Positions 36,150-48,703 of a stretch of 64,000 nt of DNA are shown here, one piece after another. Both the position numbers and the translations under genes were made by a program. The notes under the pieces are model-generated. The model was not told the DNA's origin, ran no database searches, and worked only from the letters and a program-made list of their open reading frames with translations. Location: positions 197,284,001-197,348,000 of the forward strand of contig NC_091288.1 of NCBI RefSeq assembly GCF_032444005.1, written 5' to 3'. Within the stretch, counting starts at the first letter, position 1; the number at the start of each line of letters is the position of its first letter. The stretch comes from Ranitomeya imitator (Eukaryota).

Positions 36150-38254
36150 TTCATTCATATGCTGATTTTTTCAGTAACAGAGGAACGGACTGCTGGACTT
36201 GAGCATATAAATAGATTGGAGGGTTGGATTCCTGCTGACAAGTCAGAAAATGGATGAACATAAGTTATTTGGAATTAAAAATTTACATGAATCTTAGGGA
36301 GTTTCTTTTTTTTTTTTTTTTTTTAAAGAAGTAAAAAGGAAGCGAAAGTTTCTGCAAGAGTCATTTATATATGAGATAGAGGTCAGTAGATGGCTCTCTC
36401 TCCCGATGGACGCCCGGACCCCCATATATCCCGCAACCAGTCGCCATCACCAGGCAGAAGGTCCCCATACTGGAGGTGCAGGACTATAGTATCTTATCAA
36501 AGACCATAAAGGTCTAATTTTCTTTTTTTTTTTTTTTTTTTTTTTTTATTACAGGGGCCTCAAGAATGATTGTCCATCTAGGGGTCCGGACTTCTTACAC
36601 TTTGGTCCCTCATTAAATGCTACGTATTTTTCAACCCTATGATATCTTATTGCCACGCCCCCAGAAAGTCACAGTGGAGTCCAGTTATGGAGGTCCTCAA
36701 TGCTACAGGCCTAAATTAAAACCTCTGAGTAAGAAGAAAGTAAATGTTGGGACTTGTCATCCAAATTACCGAGAATCTCATCATGAAAGCCGGAAACTTC
36801 CGCAGATTACAGACATATTCACACCCACCCGCTGATCCCTCCAGTGTGCACCGAGGTGACAGAGTCCACAGATGAGAGCAGACACGGATGAGTAAACCTT
36901 CTACAGTGGGAGACATTTATTAACCGAGACCCTACAGACCTGCTCGCCACAGGACTAGCCTGTACATTGTGTAAGAGGATGAGGCACAAATTACCGTGGC
37001 TTTAAGGGATGATTACAGGGAGTTTGCCACCAGGTATTTACTATGTAATCTGAGAGCAGCAGAATGTAGAGCCAGAGACCATGATTCCAGTGATGCATCA
37101 CTTACTGGGCTGCTTGCTGAACTTTTGATAAAAATCACGGTTTTAGCAGCAGGAAATAATCAATAAAGGCCTAGTGAACTGGCAGCCAGGTAGTCCAACC
37201 CCGCCACCAGCACTAATTGGCTGCTTTCTATGTACACTGCCAATCAGTGGTGTGGGTTATACAGAGCTCAGCATTCAGAGCACTGCTAGATCTGCAGCAG
37301 AGAAAACAAGGATTTGATCAAAAACTACACCATGCAGCCTAGTAAGTGACACATCACTGGAATCAGGGTCCCTGCCCCTGTATTACGCTGCTCTCAGATT
37401 CCCTTTCATAAAAACAAGGAAACAAAAAATTCTTAGACATTCACGTTACATAAAGTAGATGAAATGTGACCGACATGGACAGTTGGTGATCGCCGATGGC
37501 GGCTCGATCGATTGTTGGCGAATACAAACTGATCGGCTAATAATGGCTTCCTAGTCTCCCTGGTCTGAGCCATGAGCCCTCCGAATAGGTCACAGTAGAG
37601 GGGGCGATGGTCCTCAGCAGATCGCAGCAGCTTCAGCCGAACAGTACGAGCTGCTGGATTCTCCATCAGTCCAGAAAATAACGTCCCCCCCAGCCTCAAT
37701 CACAGCGGGTGATGGGAGCGACATCCTTCACCTGTCTTACTCCTCTCTGCCAGACCCCCCACCGTGGGCGGAGGACCCCCGAGAACGCGGCTCTATATTT
37801 ATACAGACTTTACCGCCGCACTCTAACAAGGCTTCTTTTCATATAGGCGGGTCAGGGAGGGAGCGAGGAGCCGAGCTCATAAATCTCCACGGCAGACCAA
37901 GAAATCTATAAATACCGAAGGAAAAAGCGAGACCCCGATATAGAGCAATACTGGGGTGAGAAGAGGGATTAGATTCCCCAATCACATTTTGGGTGTAATT
38001 AAAGGGGTTGTATAGTTTCGGAAAACTCCTGCATGCTAAAAAAATTAAAAAAAATTTAAAAAAAAAAAAAGACAAATTGGCCATTACTCACCCTCCACCG
38101 CTGCTCCAAATGCCTGATTGTCTGCGGCGCTGATGTCATATGGATTCCAGTAATAACTGAGATCACCCGCTCTGTGCCAAAAACTTGGGCAGAGATGCTG
38201 AACTCACCGATTTGCTGCTGCATGGTCGACGGGACGTCAGATTACAGACAATAA

Positions 38255-38593
38255 GGGTAGGTGCAGACGATCAGTAAACGCTGCGGGTTGGACGCTGCGT
38301 ACTTGTGCAGCGTCCAACCGGCATCGTCCAGATGTTACAGCATAGTGGATGCCCTCTATGTGTGCACAGACGCCCATGGATCACCAGCGGAGACAGACAG
38401 GTGGCGCGTCTTTGCAGACCGCAGCATGTCAATTAATCTTGCGGAGACATGAGTGTCCGCAAAATAAATCTCACCCGTACAATGTATTGGACACAGTGAT
38501 CCCGCACAGTTCACGGAACACATATGGAATCACCTGTGTTCAAAAACCGGCAGCAGACATGTGCTGCCGGTTACTGAACGTGTGCACATACCC
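38255..38593. mobile_element. Harbinger-type MITE, diverged
   Basis: TAA|GGGTAGGTGCAGACG ... CGTGTGCACATACCC termini, related to the element at 33313. Confidence 0.6.
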
Positions 38594-38701
38594 CAACAGA
38601 CATCGGAGAAATAGAGACTCAGCAATGGACCTGGGGAGGGGGAGTGAAGAAAAGTTTTTTTGTTTTATTTAGCAAATCGCAGGTAGGGGTTTTCCGAAGT
38701 G

Positions 38702-40478
38702 GTTAAGAAGAGGCTGCTCACACTGCTGTCCACCCTGTTTATCTGATCTAATACTGGAGGTACCAGGGTGCTGAGGTAAGAAGAGGCTGCTCACACTGCT
38801 GTCCACCCTACCTGATCTAATACTGGAGATACCAGGAGTGATGAGGTAAGAAGAAGCTGCTCACACTGCTGTCCACCCTGTCTATCTGATCTAATACTGG
38901 AGATACCAGGGGTGCTGAGGTAAGAAGAGGCTGCTCACACTGCTGTCCACCCTGTCTATCTGATCTAATACTGGAGATACTAGGGTGCTGAGGTAAGAAG
39001 AGGCTGCTCACACTGCTGTCCACCCTATCTGATCTAATACTGGAGATACCAGGAGTGATGAGGTAAGAAGAGGCTGCTCATACTGCTGTCCACCCTGTTT
39101 ATCTGATCTAATACTGGAGATACTAGGGTGCTGAGGTAAGAAGAGGCTGCTCACACTGCTGTCCACCATGTCTATCTGATCTAATACTGGAGATACCAGG
39201 AGTGATGAGGTAAGAAGAGGCTGCTCACACTGCTGTCCACCCTATCTGATCTAATACTGGAGATACCAGGGGTGCTGAGGTAAGAAGAGCCTGCTCACAC
39301 TGCTGTCCACCCTGTTTATCTGATCTAATATTGGAGGTACCAGGGTGCTGAGGTAAGAAGAGGCTGCTCACACTGCTGTCCACCCTGTCTATTTGATCTA
39401 ATACTGGAGATACCAGGGGAGCTGAGGTAAGATGAGGCTGCTCACACTGCTGTCCACCCTGTCTATCTGATCTAATACTGGAGGTACCAGGGGTGCTGAG
39501 GTAAGAAGATGCTGCTCACACTGCTGTCCACCATGTCTATCTGATCTAATACTGGAGTTACTAGGGTGCTGAGGTAAGAAGAGGCTGCTCACACTGCTGT
39601 CCACCCTGTCTATCTGATCTAATACTGGAGGTACCAGGAGTGATGAGGTAAGAAGATGCTGCTCACACTGCTGTCCACCATGTCTATCTGATCTAATACT
39701 GGAGTTACTAGGGTGCTGAGGTAAGAAGAGGCTGCTCACACTGCTGTCCACCCTGTCTATCTGATCTAATACTGGAGATACCAGGAGTGATGAGGTAAGA
39801 AGAGGCTGCTCACACTGCTGTCCACCTTGTCTATCTGATCTAATACTGGAGGTACCAGGAGAGCTGAGGTAAGAAGATGCTGCTCACACTGCTGTCCACC
39901 CTGTGTATCTGATCTAATACTGGAGATACTAGGGTGCTGAGGAATGAAGAGACTGCTCACACTGCTGTCCACCCTGTGTATCTGATCTAATACTGGAGAT
40001 ACTAGGGTGCTGAGGAATGAAGAGACTGCTCACACTGCTGTCCACCATGTCTATCTGATCTAATACTGGAGATACTAGGGTGCTGAGGAATGAAGAGGCT
40101 GCTCACACTGCTGTCCACCTTTTCTATCTGATCTAATACTGGAGATACTAGGGTGCTGAGGAAAGAAGAGGCTGCTCACACTGCTGTCCACCATGTCTAT
40201 CTGATCTAGTACTGGAGATACCAGGAGTGATGAGGTAAGAAGAGGCTGCTCACACTGCTGTCCACACTGTCTATCTGATCTAGTACTGGAGATACCAGGA
40301 GTGATGAGGTAAGAAGAGGCTGCTCACACTGCTGTCCACACTGTCTATCTGATCTAGTACTGGAGATACCAGGAGTGATGAGGTAAGAAGAGACTGCTCA
40401 CACTGCTGTCCACACTGTCTATCTGATCTAATACTGGAGGTACCAGGAGTGCTGAGGTAAGAAGAGGCTGCTCACACT
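38702..40478. repeat. Minisatellite, 74-bp unit, about 24 copies
   Basis: GTAAGAAGAGGCTGCTCACACTGCTGTCCACCCTGTCTATCTGATCTAATACTGGAGATACCAGGAGTGATGAG; period 74 at 39601/39675. Confidence 0.95.
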
Positions 40479-41189
40479 ATTGCCCCCCCCCCATCTGAAA
40501 GGTACTGGTTCTGTCCAGGTCATACCTCGGAGCTCCCTACTGCACCAGACCTAACAGTCTAGGATGGTTTCTGAGTATAACAAGATGGTGGCCATTTAAT
40601 GTATTATAATTACAGTGATCGTCTCCCTGAACAAGAAGAATACGATTTGCTAACTAAACAGATTTAGAAATCCTTAATTCTATTTTTCTATTCCTGGAGA
40701 GCCCCTTTAATGGCGCCATGGGGAGTGCGGCCCTTTGATCCCACGCCGGTGTCTGTATCCTTTGCTCCAGCAATGACATGGGGAGGTGACTGTAGCAGCC
40801 TGTGATTGGCTGCAGCGGTCATGGGCCAAGCACAGGAGTGGCAGCAGTACATGGGTGAGTAAAGGGAGATTTGGGGAACCCCGGTCCCATTTAATCAAAA
40901 CATGCAAATGAGTCAGAGTCCACTGATCCTTAAAGGGACATACACATCGCAGTACCTACCGTGACCCGGAGAGATGGATGATCGTCACAACATTGCACGG
41001 ATCAATCACCGCCATTACTGCTCAAGAATATCTCAAGAAAGACTAAATGTCATCAATAACGATCACAACCGACCCCTCCTCACAGACAGAACGACCCCTT
41101 CACAGTCAGATCGCCGCGTACCCCCATTACTGCTATAGATCTCCTTCCCGGGATCACGTGACATATTACTAGACAGAACCCCATCTAAT

Positions 41190-41500
41190 CGCACACTTAC
41201 AACCGGCAATGAAGAGGTTAATGCGCAGAGTGACGTCACGGCCGGCGCCTTCTACCTTCGGGGGGCTTCACCTGCAGTCAGTGTCTCCCTCGCAGCTCGA
41301 CCCTCTGTACTGGCATCGCGCTCCGGGCCCCGTCATGTGATGCGCTGTCGCCCCGCCCCCTCTGTACCGCGTGACTTCCTTTCCTTAGTAACGGCCCAAA
41401 CAGGCTCGTAGATGTGGCGGAAGAGGCTTTTTGCCAGGAGTTATCGGCGTCAGTGACGTCATGACGTACGTGTACACATGCGCAGTGTAGTTGTGGACGT
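41190..41500 (-). promoter_or_regulatory. Probable SNX8 promoter / first exon region
   Basis: CpG-rich; TGACGTCA CREs at 41231-41238 and 41454-41461; GC box CCCCGCCCC at about 41351; ETS-like ACTTCC; minus-strand donors at 41271 and 41200. Confidence 0.6.
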
Positions 41501-41879
41501 CGCCTTGAAGGGGTGTGTGGTTTGGGATGAATAAGTGGAGTATATGTGTCACACTGAGGAAAGTCCTGTATATTTCTAACAATTTGGGCTCACAAAGAGT
41601 TTTTCAATGTAAATTTTTCAGGCTGGAAAATCCGCCTCTAAAAACGCTTGTAAAAGACGCCTGGTGTTTGGTTGTGGTTAGAAGCAGATTTTTATGATGA
41701 TTTCGGAACTGATCAGCTTCAAAAACCTCTGATCTATCGGCTCCTGCTCCGTCACTAGGGGGGCACGCAGGGGGCACGAGATGTGCTGCAGGCAGCTTCT
41801 GGTGCTTAGTGTAGACGCTGACGTATGAGGCGCAGCACGGATAAAGCGCGGAGTCCGTGGTGCGGCCATTTCTCCAGTG

Positions 41880-42215
41880 TCCCAGCAGTCAGTGTGCACA
41901 TGTACAATGGGGGAGCGCAGATCACAGCAGCCCCTTCACTGTTCTCATCAACAGGAGACGTGTAGCATCACGACAACCGGCAACCTCACGCCGCGCGTTA
42001 CTGTGAGCAGCCTGCGTGACCTACACGGACTCCCAGTGCAGCAGCAGCGTCCCCGAACTTCACATCTGGGGTGTCACTGATTGCCAATTACAAAGCAGCT
42101 GCCAGCAGCGGATCTTGATTATTTGCCCAAGTGCAAACGTGACAGAACGCTGCTCAGACGACCATTAATAACCTCATTGATAGCAGCCGAGGCTGGAGGT
42201 GCCGGGATTTCCGCA
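41880..42215 (+). mobile_element. Decayed Tc1 transposase relic, same family as 30050-30445
   Basis: DN..PHAARVT-like frame; shares about 115 bp with 30330-30445. Confidence 0.55.
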
Positions 42216-42339
42216 CATGGCTCATACTCCATACCAAATAAATCCAGATGTTTTGATTATTTTGTTTCCATTTTTCATCAGATCCTGAGATTTCCAGAAT
42301 TTCACAACTTTTCTTTCTTTGTGTTGCCATTTTAATCTA

Positions 42340-42479
42340 TGTTTATTATCTATCTATTATCTATCAACTATTATCTCTCTAGCTATTATCTATCTAGCTA
42401 TTATCTATCTATCTAGTATCTATTATCTAGCATCTATTATCTATCTATTATCTATCTATGTATCCTATCTATTATCTAT
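42340..42479. repeat. Degenerate (TCTA)n microsatellite abutting the gap
   Basis: ATCT/TTATCT units. Confidence 0.85.
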
Positions 42480-42661
42480 NNNNNNNNNNNNNNNNNNNNN
42501 NNNNNNNNNNNNNNNNNNNNNNNNNNNNNNNNNNNNNNNNNNNNNNNNNNNNNNNNNNNNNNNNNNNNNNNNNNNNNNNNNNNNNNNNNNNNNNNNNNNN
42601 NNNNNNNNNNNNNNNNNNNNNNNNNNNNNNNNNNNNNNNNNNNNNNNNNNNNNNNNNNNNN
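42480..42661. other. Assembly gap (182 N)
   Basis: N run. Confidence 1.
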
Positions 42662-43763
42662 GACATCTAGTGGTCAGTAAGATAAATGCAACATTTCATT
42701 TTTTTTTTTCAACTACACAGTCAACAAAAATATTGTCTGCTGCAAATTCAGTATAGATTATTGAAAACTTCACCAGTTTCATGGCAAAAGGTGCAATCTA
42801 TCCACAGCATAAATTTACCTGCTTTGGATTTTATATTCATAGCCATGGTTATGGTGCAGATTTTTTTTGCAGCCTGGGGATGAGATTTTATGAAGTCTTT
42901 TCGACAATACTGCCACTGTATTAAGCAACATATTGTCCACCTGGATATCCCCAGCATGTAGAAAAATCCTCATGCAGCCCATGTGCATATACACCTACAA
43001 GTTCTGTAACTTTGTGTTTCGATCTCTTCTTCTTTTCTGTGACTGTTACACTATGGATCAGCGCTCTCGGCCGGGGGTCCACACCTGGGGGGGAGACCTG
43101 CTGTGATCGCTCACATATGATGTCAATTCTTTGCGCGGATTCCGCTGCGGTTTACACCTGCTCCACAATAGGAATCCGCAGGTGTAAACCGCAGGTGGAA
43201 TCCGCTCAAAATCCGTGGTAAATCCGCAGGCAAAACACAGTGCCTTTTACCTGCGGATTTCTCAATTCAGCTGCGGAAAAATCCGCAGAGCTCCAAAATA
43301 CGTGTGCACATACCCTAAAAAGTCACTAGAACAGTCAAACACACACACAAAAAAATATTCTGCAACAAATTGATGAACCATGTGGGCTATTTCAAATAAA
43401 TTGGGGCAAAAACATCAGTGAATAGAAAAAAAAAAGAAAAGTGAGTTAAAAAAAAAAATCACGAATGATGAATCACAACTTTAGTTATAGGAGCTGGGAC
43501 AGGCAAAACAGGTCGGGATATAAACCAAAAATGTTTCCATTCACTGGCAGCATGCAGAGATATTAGAAATGGTGATGAACTGCAAAAAATATATCAGTAA
43601 TTAGCAGAACTATGACTTTGGTACCGTTGGACACTTCCTAGGCTCCAGGGCCCCGGTGCAACTCCTGCACCTACTATTGGTATATCCTTGGCTTTTGCCA
43701 AACAAGCTGCCACACAGGGCCATTGGTGGAAGAGTCAAATGTACAAAAAATGGCGACACAAAC

Positions 43764-43766
<3 letters not shown>

Positions 43767-43822
<56 letters not shown>
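43767..43822. repeat. (TA)n microsatellite
   Basis: About 28 units. Confidence 0.95.
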
Positions 43823-43826
<4 letters not shown>

Positions 43827-44542
43827 AGTATAAGATATCATCTTCATTAGTACTGATGCCGTAAAAAAAAGGGTGTAATGGATTTTTTTCCCCATCATTA
43901 TACACAGTCCCTGATTTTCTGTACATTTTATGGTAAAGTGAATGGTGTCATTCAAAACTGCAACTCGTCCTGCAAAAAAAAAAAAAACAAATAAAACTCA
44001 CATATGGCTATGGAGAGGAAATCAAAAAAGTTATGGGTCTGGAGGAGTAAAAAACCAAAATGTAAAAACTAAACATGGCCATGGCGAGAAAGGAGTAGTG
44101 TTGAGCAAACGTGGTCGGATAAGGCGCTATCCGAGCATGAGGGCCGGACTGGCCAGCTGACATTTCTGGCAAGTGCCAGGTGGGCCTGTACTGGCAGTGG
44201 GAAGCACTCCACAAGTCTCTGAAGTGATTTCTTATTTCGATCTGTGCCGTTGCACAGAGATCGACTCGATCACTGTGTCCTACCTCCATCTGCTCTACCA
44301 TTCGATCTCCTTTTCCTCTTATTCACATTTGTGGTGATGAAGGAGGCAGGAAGCATCGGCGACTTCACTGACACCGTCAGCCAGAATCATCAGTAACTAT
44401 GAAGCCAGCCCAGCAAGAGCCGGCCGGAAATAGCAGTTCTAAGGACTGAGGAGCAGATTGTACTTACTGTCTTTGCTTCGCTCTGATAGAAATATAGAAT
44501 ACCAGTCCCTCCCACAAATCAGAGGATGAACAGCCCCTTTAA

Positions 44543-45361
44543 AGGGAACCTGTCACCCCGTTTTTTGAGATTGAGCTATAAATACTGTTAAATAGGGCCT
44601 GCGCTGTGTGTTCCTATAGTGTATGTAGTGTACCCCGATTCCCTATGTATGCTGAGAAATAACTTACCAAAGTCGCCGTTTTCGCCTGTCAATCAGGCTG
44701 GTCAGGTCGGGAGGGCGTGGTGACATCGCTGGTTCTTCCTCAGCTTTACGTTGGTGGCGTAGTGGCGTAGTGGTGAAGACACAGCGCGCGATCTGCGCTG
44801 TCATCCCTTTCGTCGGTGGGGGCGGCCATCTTCCTGGGGCCGCGCGTGCGCAGATCGAGTGCTCTGCTGCACGGGGCTTCAGGAAAATGGCCGCGGGATG
44901 CCGCGCGTGCGCATTAGAGATCGCGGCGGCCATTTTCCCAAAGCCGAGTTTGCATCTCGGCTTTGGGAAAATGGCCGCCGCGATCTCTAATGCGCACGCG
45001 CGGCATCCCGCGGCCATTTTCCTGAAGCCCTGTGCAGCAGAGCACTCGATCTGCGCATGCGCGGCCCCAGGAAGATGGCCGCCCCCACCGATGCAAGGGA
45101 TTACAGCGCAGATCGCGCGCTGCTTGTTCACCACTACGCCACTACGCCACCAACGTAAAGCTGAGGAAGAACCACCGATGTCACCACGCCCTCCCGACCT
45201 GACCAGCCTGATTGACAGGCGAAAACGGCGACTTTGGTAAGTTATTTCTCAGCATACATGGGGAATCGGGGTACACTACATACACTATAGGAACACACAG
45301 CGCAGGCCCTATTTAACAGTATTTATAGCTCAATCTAAAAAAACGGGGTGACAGGTTCCCT
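44543..45361. mobile_element. Kolobok/T2-type MITE, 819-bp near-perfect palindrome
   Basis: TTAA|AGGGAACCTGTCACCCCG ... CGGGGTGACAGGTTCCCT|TTAA; arms about 406 bp, 7-nt loop at 44949-44955. Confidence 0.92.
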
Positions 45362-45414
45362 TTAAGTCTATTAACCCTGTGATGCAGAGTCCTGCTGACA
45401 AAAGGGCCCATATA

Positions 45415-46135
45415 CAGCTCTAGCAAAAATTAAGAGACCACTGCAAAATGTTCAGTTTGTCTGATTTTTCTTTTTATAGGTATATTTTTGAGTAAAATGT
45501 AAATTGTTCTTTTATTCTATAAACTTCTGACAACATGTCTCCGAAGTTCCAAGCAATACATTTTGTATTTATTTTTTTAAAAAATGAGAAATGATCAAAA
45601 TAACAAAAAAAAAATCAGTGCTTTTAGATCTCAAATAATGCAAAGAAAACAAGTTCAGAATCATTTAGAAACAATAATGCTAATGTTTTAACTCAGGAAG
45701 AGTTCAGAAATCAATATTTTGTGGAATAACCATGATTTGTTATCACAGCTTTCATGCGTCTTGCTTTCCACCAGTCTTTCACACTGCTCCTGGTACAATA
45801 ATGTCAGCAGTTCTTCTTTGATGGCTTGTGACTATCCATCTTTCTCTTGATTACATTCCAGAGGTTTCCAATGGGGTTCAGGTCTGGAGATTGGGCGGCC
45901 ATGATAGGGATTTGATATGGTGGTCCTTCATCCACACCTTGGTTGACTTAGCTGTGTGTCATGGCGCATTGTCCTGCTGGAAAAACCAGTCCTCAGAGTT
46001 GGGGAGCATGGCCTGAGCAGACGGAATCAACTGTTTTTCCAGGATAACCTTGTATGCGGCTGGATTCATACGTCATAAGAACAACCTGCCCAATTCCAGC
46101 CTTGCTGAATCATCCCCAGATCATCACCTGGTGGT
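45415..46135 (-). mobile_element. Tc1 transposon 3' part (TIR plus transposase C-terminus)
   Basis: TA|CAGCTCTAGCAAAAATTAAGAGACCAC TIR; minus strand gives FQQDNAP*HTA and AQSPDLNPIGNLWNVIKRK. Confidence 0.88.
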
Positions 46136-46139
46136 CTAA

Positions 46140-46511
46140 GGCTATGTGCACACATTGCGGATTGGTGTGAGGATTTTTCCGCACTGTTTTTGCAAAATCC
46201 GCAGGTAAACTGCACTGCGGATTTACCACGGTTTTTGTGCGGATTCCACCTGCGGTTTTACACCTGCGGATTCCTATTGAGGAGCAGGTGTAAACCGCTG
46301 CGGAATCCGCACAAAGAATTGACATGCTGCGGAAAAAACAACACTGCGTTTCCGCGCGTTTTTTTCTGCAGCATGTACACTGCGGATTTTTTTTTTCATA
46401 CGTTTACATGGTACCTTACAACGCATGGAAAACAGCTGCAGATCCGCAGCAATATCCGCAACGCAAAAAGCGTAATAAAACGCTGCAAAAATGGCTAGTG
46501 TGAACTTAGCC
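46140..46511. mobile_element. Harbinger-type MITE; a partial sibling lies at about 43115-43316
   Basis: TAA|GGCTATGTGCACAC ... GTGTGAACTTAGCC; interior shared with 43115-43316. Confidence 0.7.
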
Positions 46512-46637
46512 AAAAGTGTGTCCTGCGGCCACTGTATCGCAGTATACATCAGTACATGTTAAACATATTCTTCTTTTTTTACAATGGAACCTATGGATGA
46601 TGCCTGTCACTGTATCTTACAGGTATCTATTAATATA

Positions 46638-46828
46638 CAGGGTGGGCCATTTATATGGATACACCTGGGTGGGCCATTTATAAAGTTGGATCCAAAATGG
46701 CCGACTTCAAAATGGCCGCCATGGTCACCACCCATCTTGAAAAGTTTTCCCCCTCCCATATACTAATGGGCCACAAACAGGAAGTTTCCCATTTTATTTA
46801 GGTGTATCCATATACATGGCCCACCCTG
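46638..46828. mobile_element. Tc1/mariner-type MITE (191 bp)
   Basis: TIR CAGGGTGGGCCAT.TATATGGATACACC, TA TSD on both sides. Confidence 0.85.
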
Positions 46829-47310
46829 TATATTGTATTTCCTGGTGTATATATTAATCAGAAGCAATAGATGCACAGTGAACATAGTAACCTATAAGGG
46901 CAGGCTCCGGCTGGTCCATAGGGGAACAGGGGAATCCCCCACTGGGCCCCTGATCTGGGCCCCCAACCCCACTGTATGGGCCCCCAACCCCACTGTATGG
47001 GCAGTACTTGGCATAATTCACCTGATTCACTCTGTACAGGAAAAAGCAACCTCTCATCATTCATTAACTACACTGCCCAGTTTATTATTATATAGAGATA
47101 AAGGTAAATTTGTTAATGAGGGTAGTGTAATATTTGTATGCAAGTGAAAAGTGAGACCCCCCAAAGTCAATGTTACTGGTGGGCCCTCGGCATTTGCTGC
47201 AGAAGTTTCACCACGATCAGTCATAACCACAAATGCACCAACATATTTCATATTAACCGCACAGCAGGCCTGTGGGCTCCCAAATGCCAGGGCTGAACCT
47301 CAGTCTCAGT

Positions 47311-47582
47311 CCGAGCATGCTCGGGTGCTAGCCGAGTGACTTCGGCGTGCTGGAATACTATGAGACCCCCGTGGCTGCACGTCTCGCGGCTGTTCAACAG
47401 CTGAAACATATGCAGGGACTCCCTAACAAACAGACAATCCCTGCACGTGTTATACCTGTCGAACAGCCGCGAGACATGCAGCCATGTTGGCTCGAACATG
47501 ATTTTCGAGCACGCCGAAGTCACTCAGTTAGCACCCGAGCATGCTCAGATAACGCCTCATCCCAGCACAATTGCTCATCACT
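47311..47582. mobile_element. Palindromic MITE relic ending GCTCATCACTA
   Basis: CCGAGCATGCTCGGGTGCTA.CCGAGTGACTTCGGCGTGCT is mirrored at 47505-47550. Confidence 0.6.
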
Positions 47583-48019
47583 AGAAAGGAGTAATAACCA
47601 GAAGTGACTGCGTCTATATACACACGGTTAGAAAAGGGGCGTAAAAATGCCCCCAGTATTACGCCGCTGTCGCCTTGACAACCATTTCTACGTCCGATAA
47701 TCCAGTTTGGCAGAATTATGTCAATTTGTCACTTTTCAGCGCTCGTTTTCCGCCGCCATTGCCGTACGGAGCTATTTTTTTTTGGGCCATTTTGAATGAC
47801 GCCATCCACTTTGCAATATAATGAACATAATTACTTATTTCCTCTCAGGATAATGGGAGAGCTGGGTAACAGGCACTGAAGAGCTAGAAGCCGACTAGCT
47901 TTCCCCCAGAAACAGGACATGACACTTTTCGCTTCATTGCGAGTTGTTTGACATCAGTTTTATTAACCGAGTGATTTTAATAGCATTTTATTAAACTTTA
48001 ATCAGTCACGAACAAGACG

Positions 48020-48479
48020 CGACAGCGACGACACCACGGAACCGCCCGCGCACACTGCACTGAGGCGTCAGCAAGAACGCAACCGAACGGCCGCCATCTT
48101 GGATGAACCCACTTCTTGCTCGTAGGGGGAGGCATTTCTTACAGTGGCGCTAACAATATTTTTAAATTAAGAGATAAGTGACTGGTTAGAACATTATCAG
48201 GAGTTTGAATCATATGACTATTTATTACACCCGTGATATCCATCAGTTTCACAGTTTAGGTGGTGAAGGTGCGCCATGACTAGGGAGGTGTCCTCCCCTC
48301 TGCGCCGGGTTGGTTCGCTCCTTTTCCGCCCGGCGCCGGGTCCTGTGCACATGGCCTGGTAGTACCGCGAAGCCAGGAGCTTCTCTTCCAGACGACGGCA
48401 AAGCACCGAAGGCGGTCACCGGTCACTTCGTCCAGCACCACGGAGACTCCGAGCAGCAGCAGAGCGGAGAGAGCGGGCA
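48020..48479 (+). promoter_or_regulatory. EIF3B CpG-island promoter / 5' leader
   Basis: YY1 CCGCCATCTT at 48091-48100; pyrimidine TCT/TOP-like CTCCTTTTCC at 48318-48327. Confidence 0.6.
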
Positions 48480-48603
48480 ATGCACCGGGCGGATAACGCG
48501 CTAGACGGGCCCGAGCCAGACATGGAGGAGGAGGAGGAGGCCACCGAGGAGGAGATGTCGTTCAGTGACCCGGAGGACTTCGTGGACGACATCACGGAGG
48601 AGG
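48480..48603 (+). CDS. EIF3B: EIF3B exon 1 (start at 48480 or 48522)
   Basis: ..MEEEEEATEEEMSFSDPEDFVDDITEE|E, similar to human EPSFSDPEDFVDDVSEEE; phase-1 GTGAGG donor. Confidence 0.9.
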
Positions 48604-48684
48604 GTGAGGAGGGCAGTGAGGCTGGGGGGCTCTCTGTGTGCTGGGGGCGCTCCTCTTTGTGCTAGGCCCTCCAGCTACTGGGGA

Positions 48685-48703
48685 ACTACAATTCCCAGCA
48701 TGC
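48685..48703 (+). promoter_or_regulatory. ZNF143/Staf (SBS2, ACTACA) motif
   Basis: ACTACAATTCCCAGCATGC about 80 nt into EIF3B intron 1. Confidence 0.6.

Noticed and set aside
41272-41336. ATG ACG GGG (MTG, like the human SNX8 start) as coding exon 1
   Set aside because: 65 nt gives phase 2 while exon 2 requires phase 1; read on, the frame meets TGA.
42319-42756. ORFs spanning the N run
   Set aside because: Created by the assembly gap.
44664-45240. Two near-identical 156-aa ORFs on opposite strands
   Set aside because: Mirror products of the palindromic MITE.
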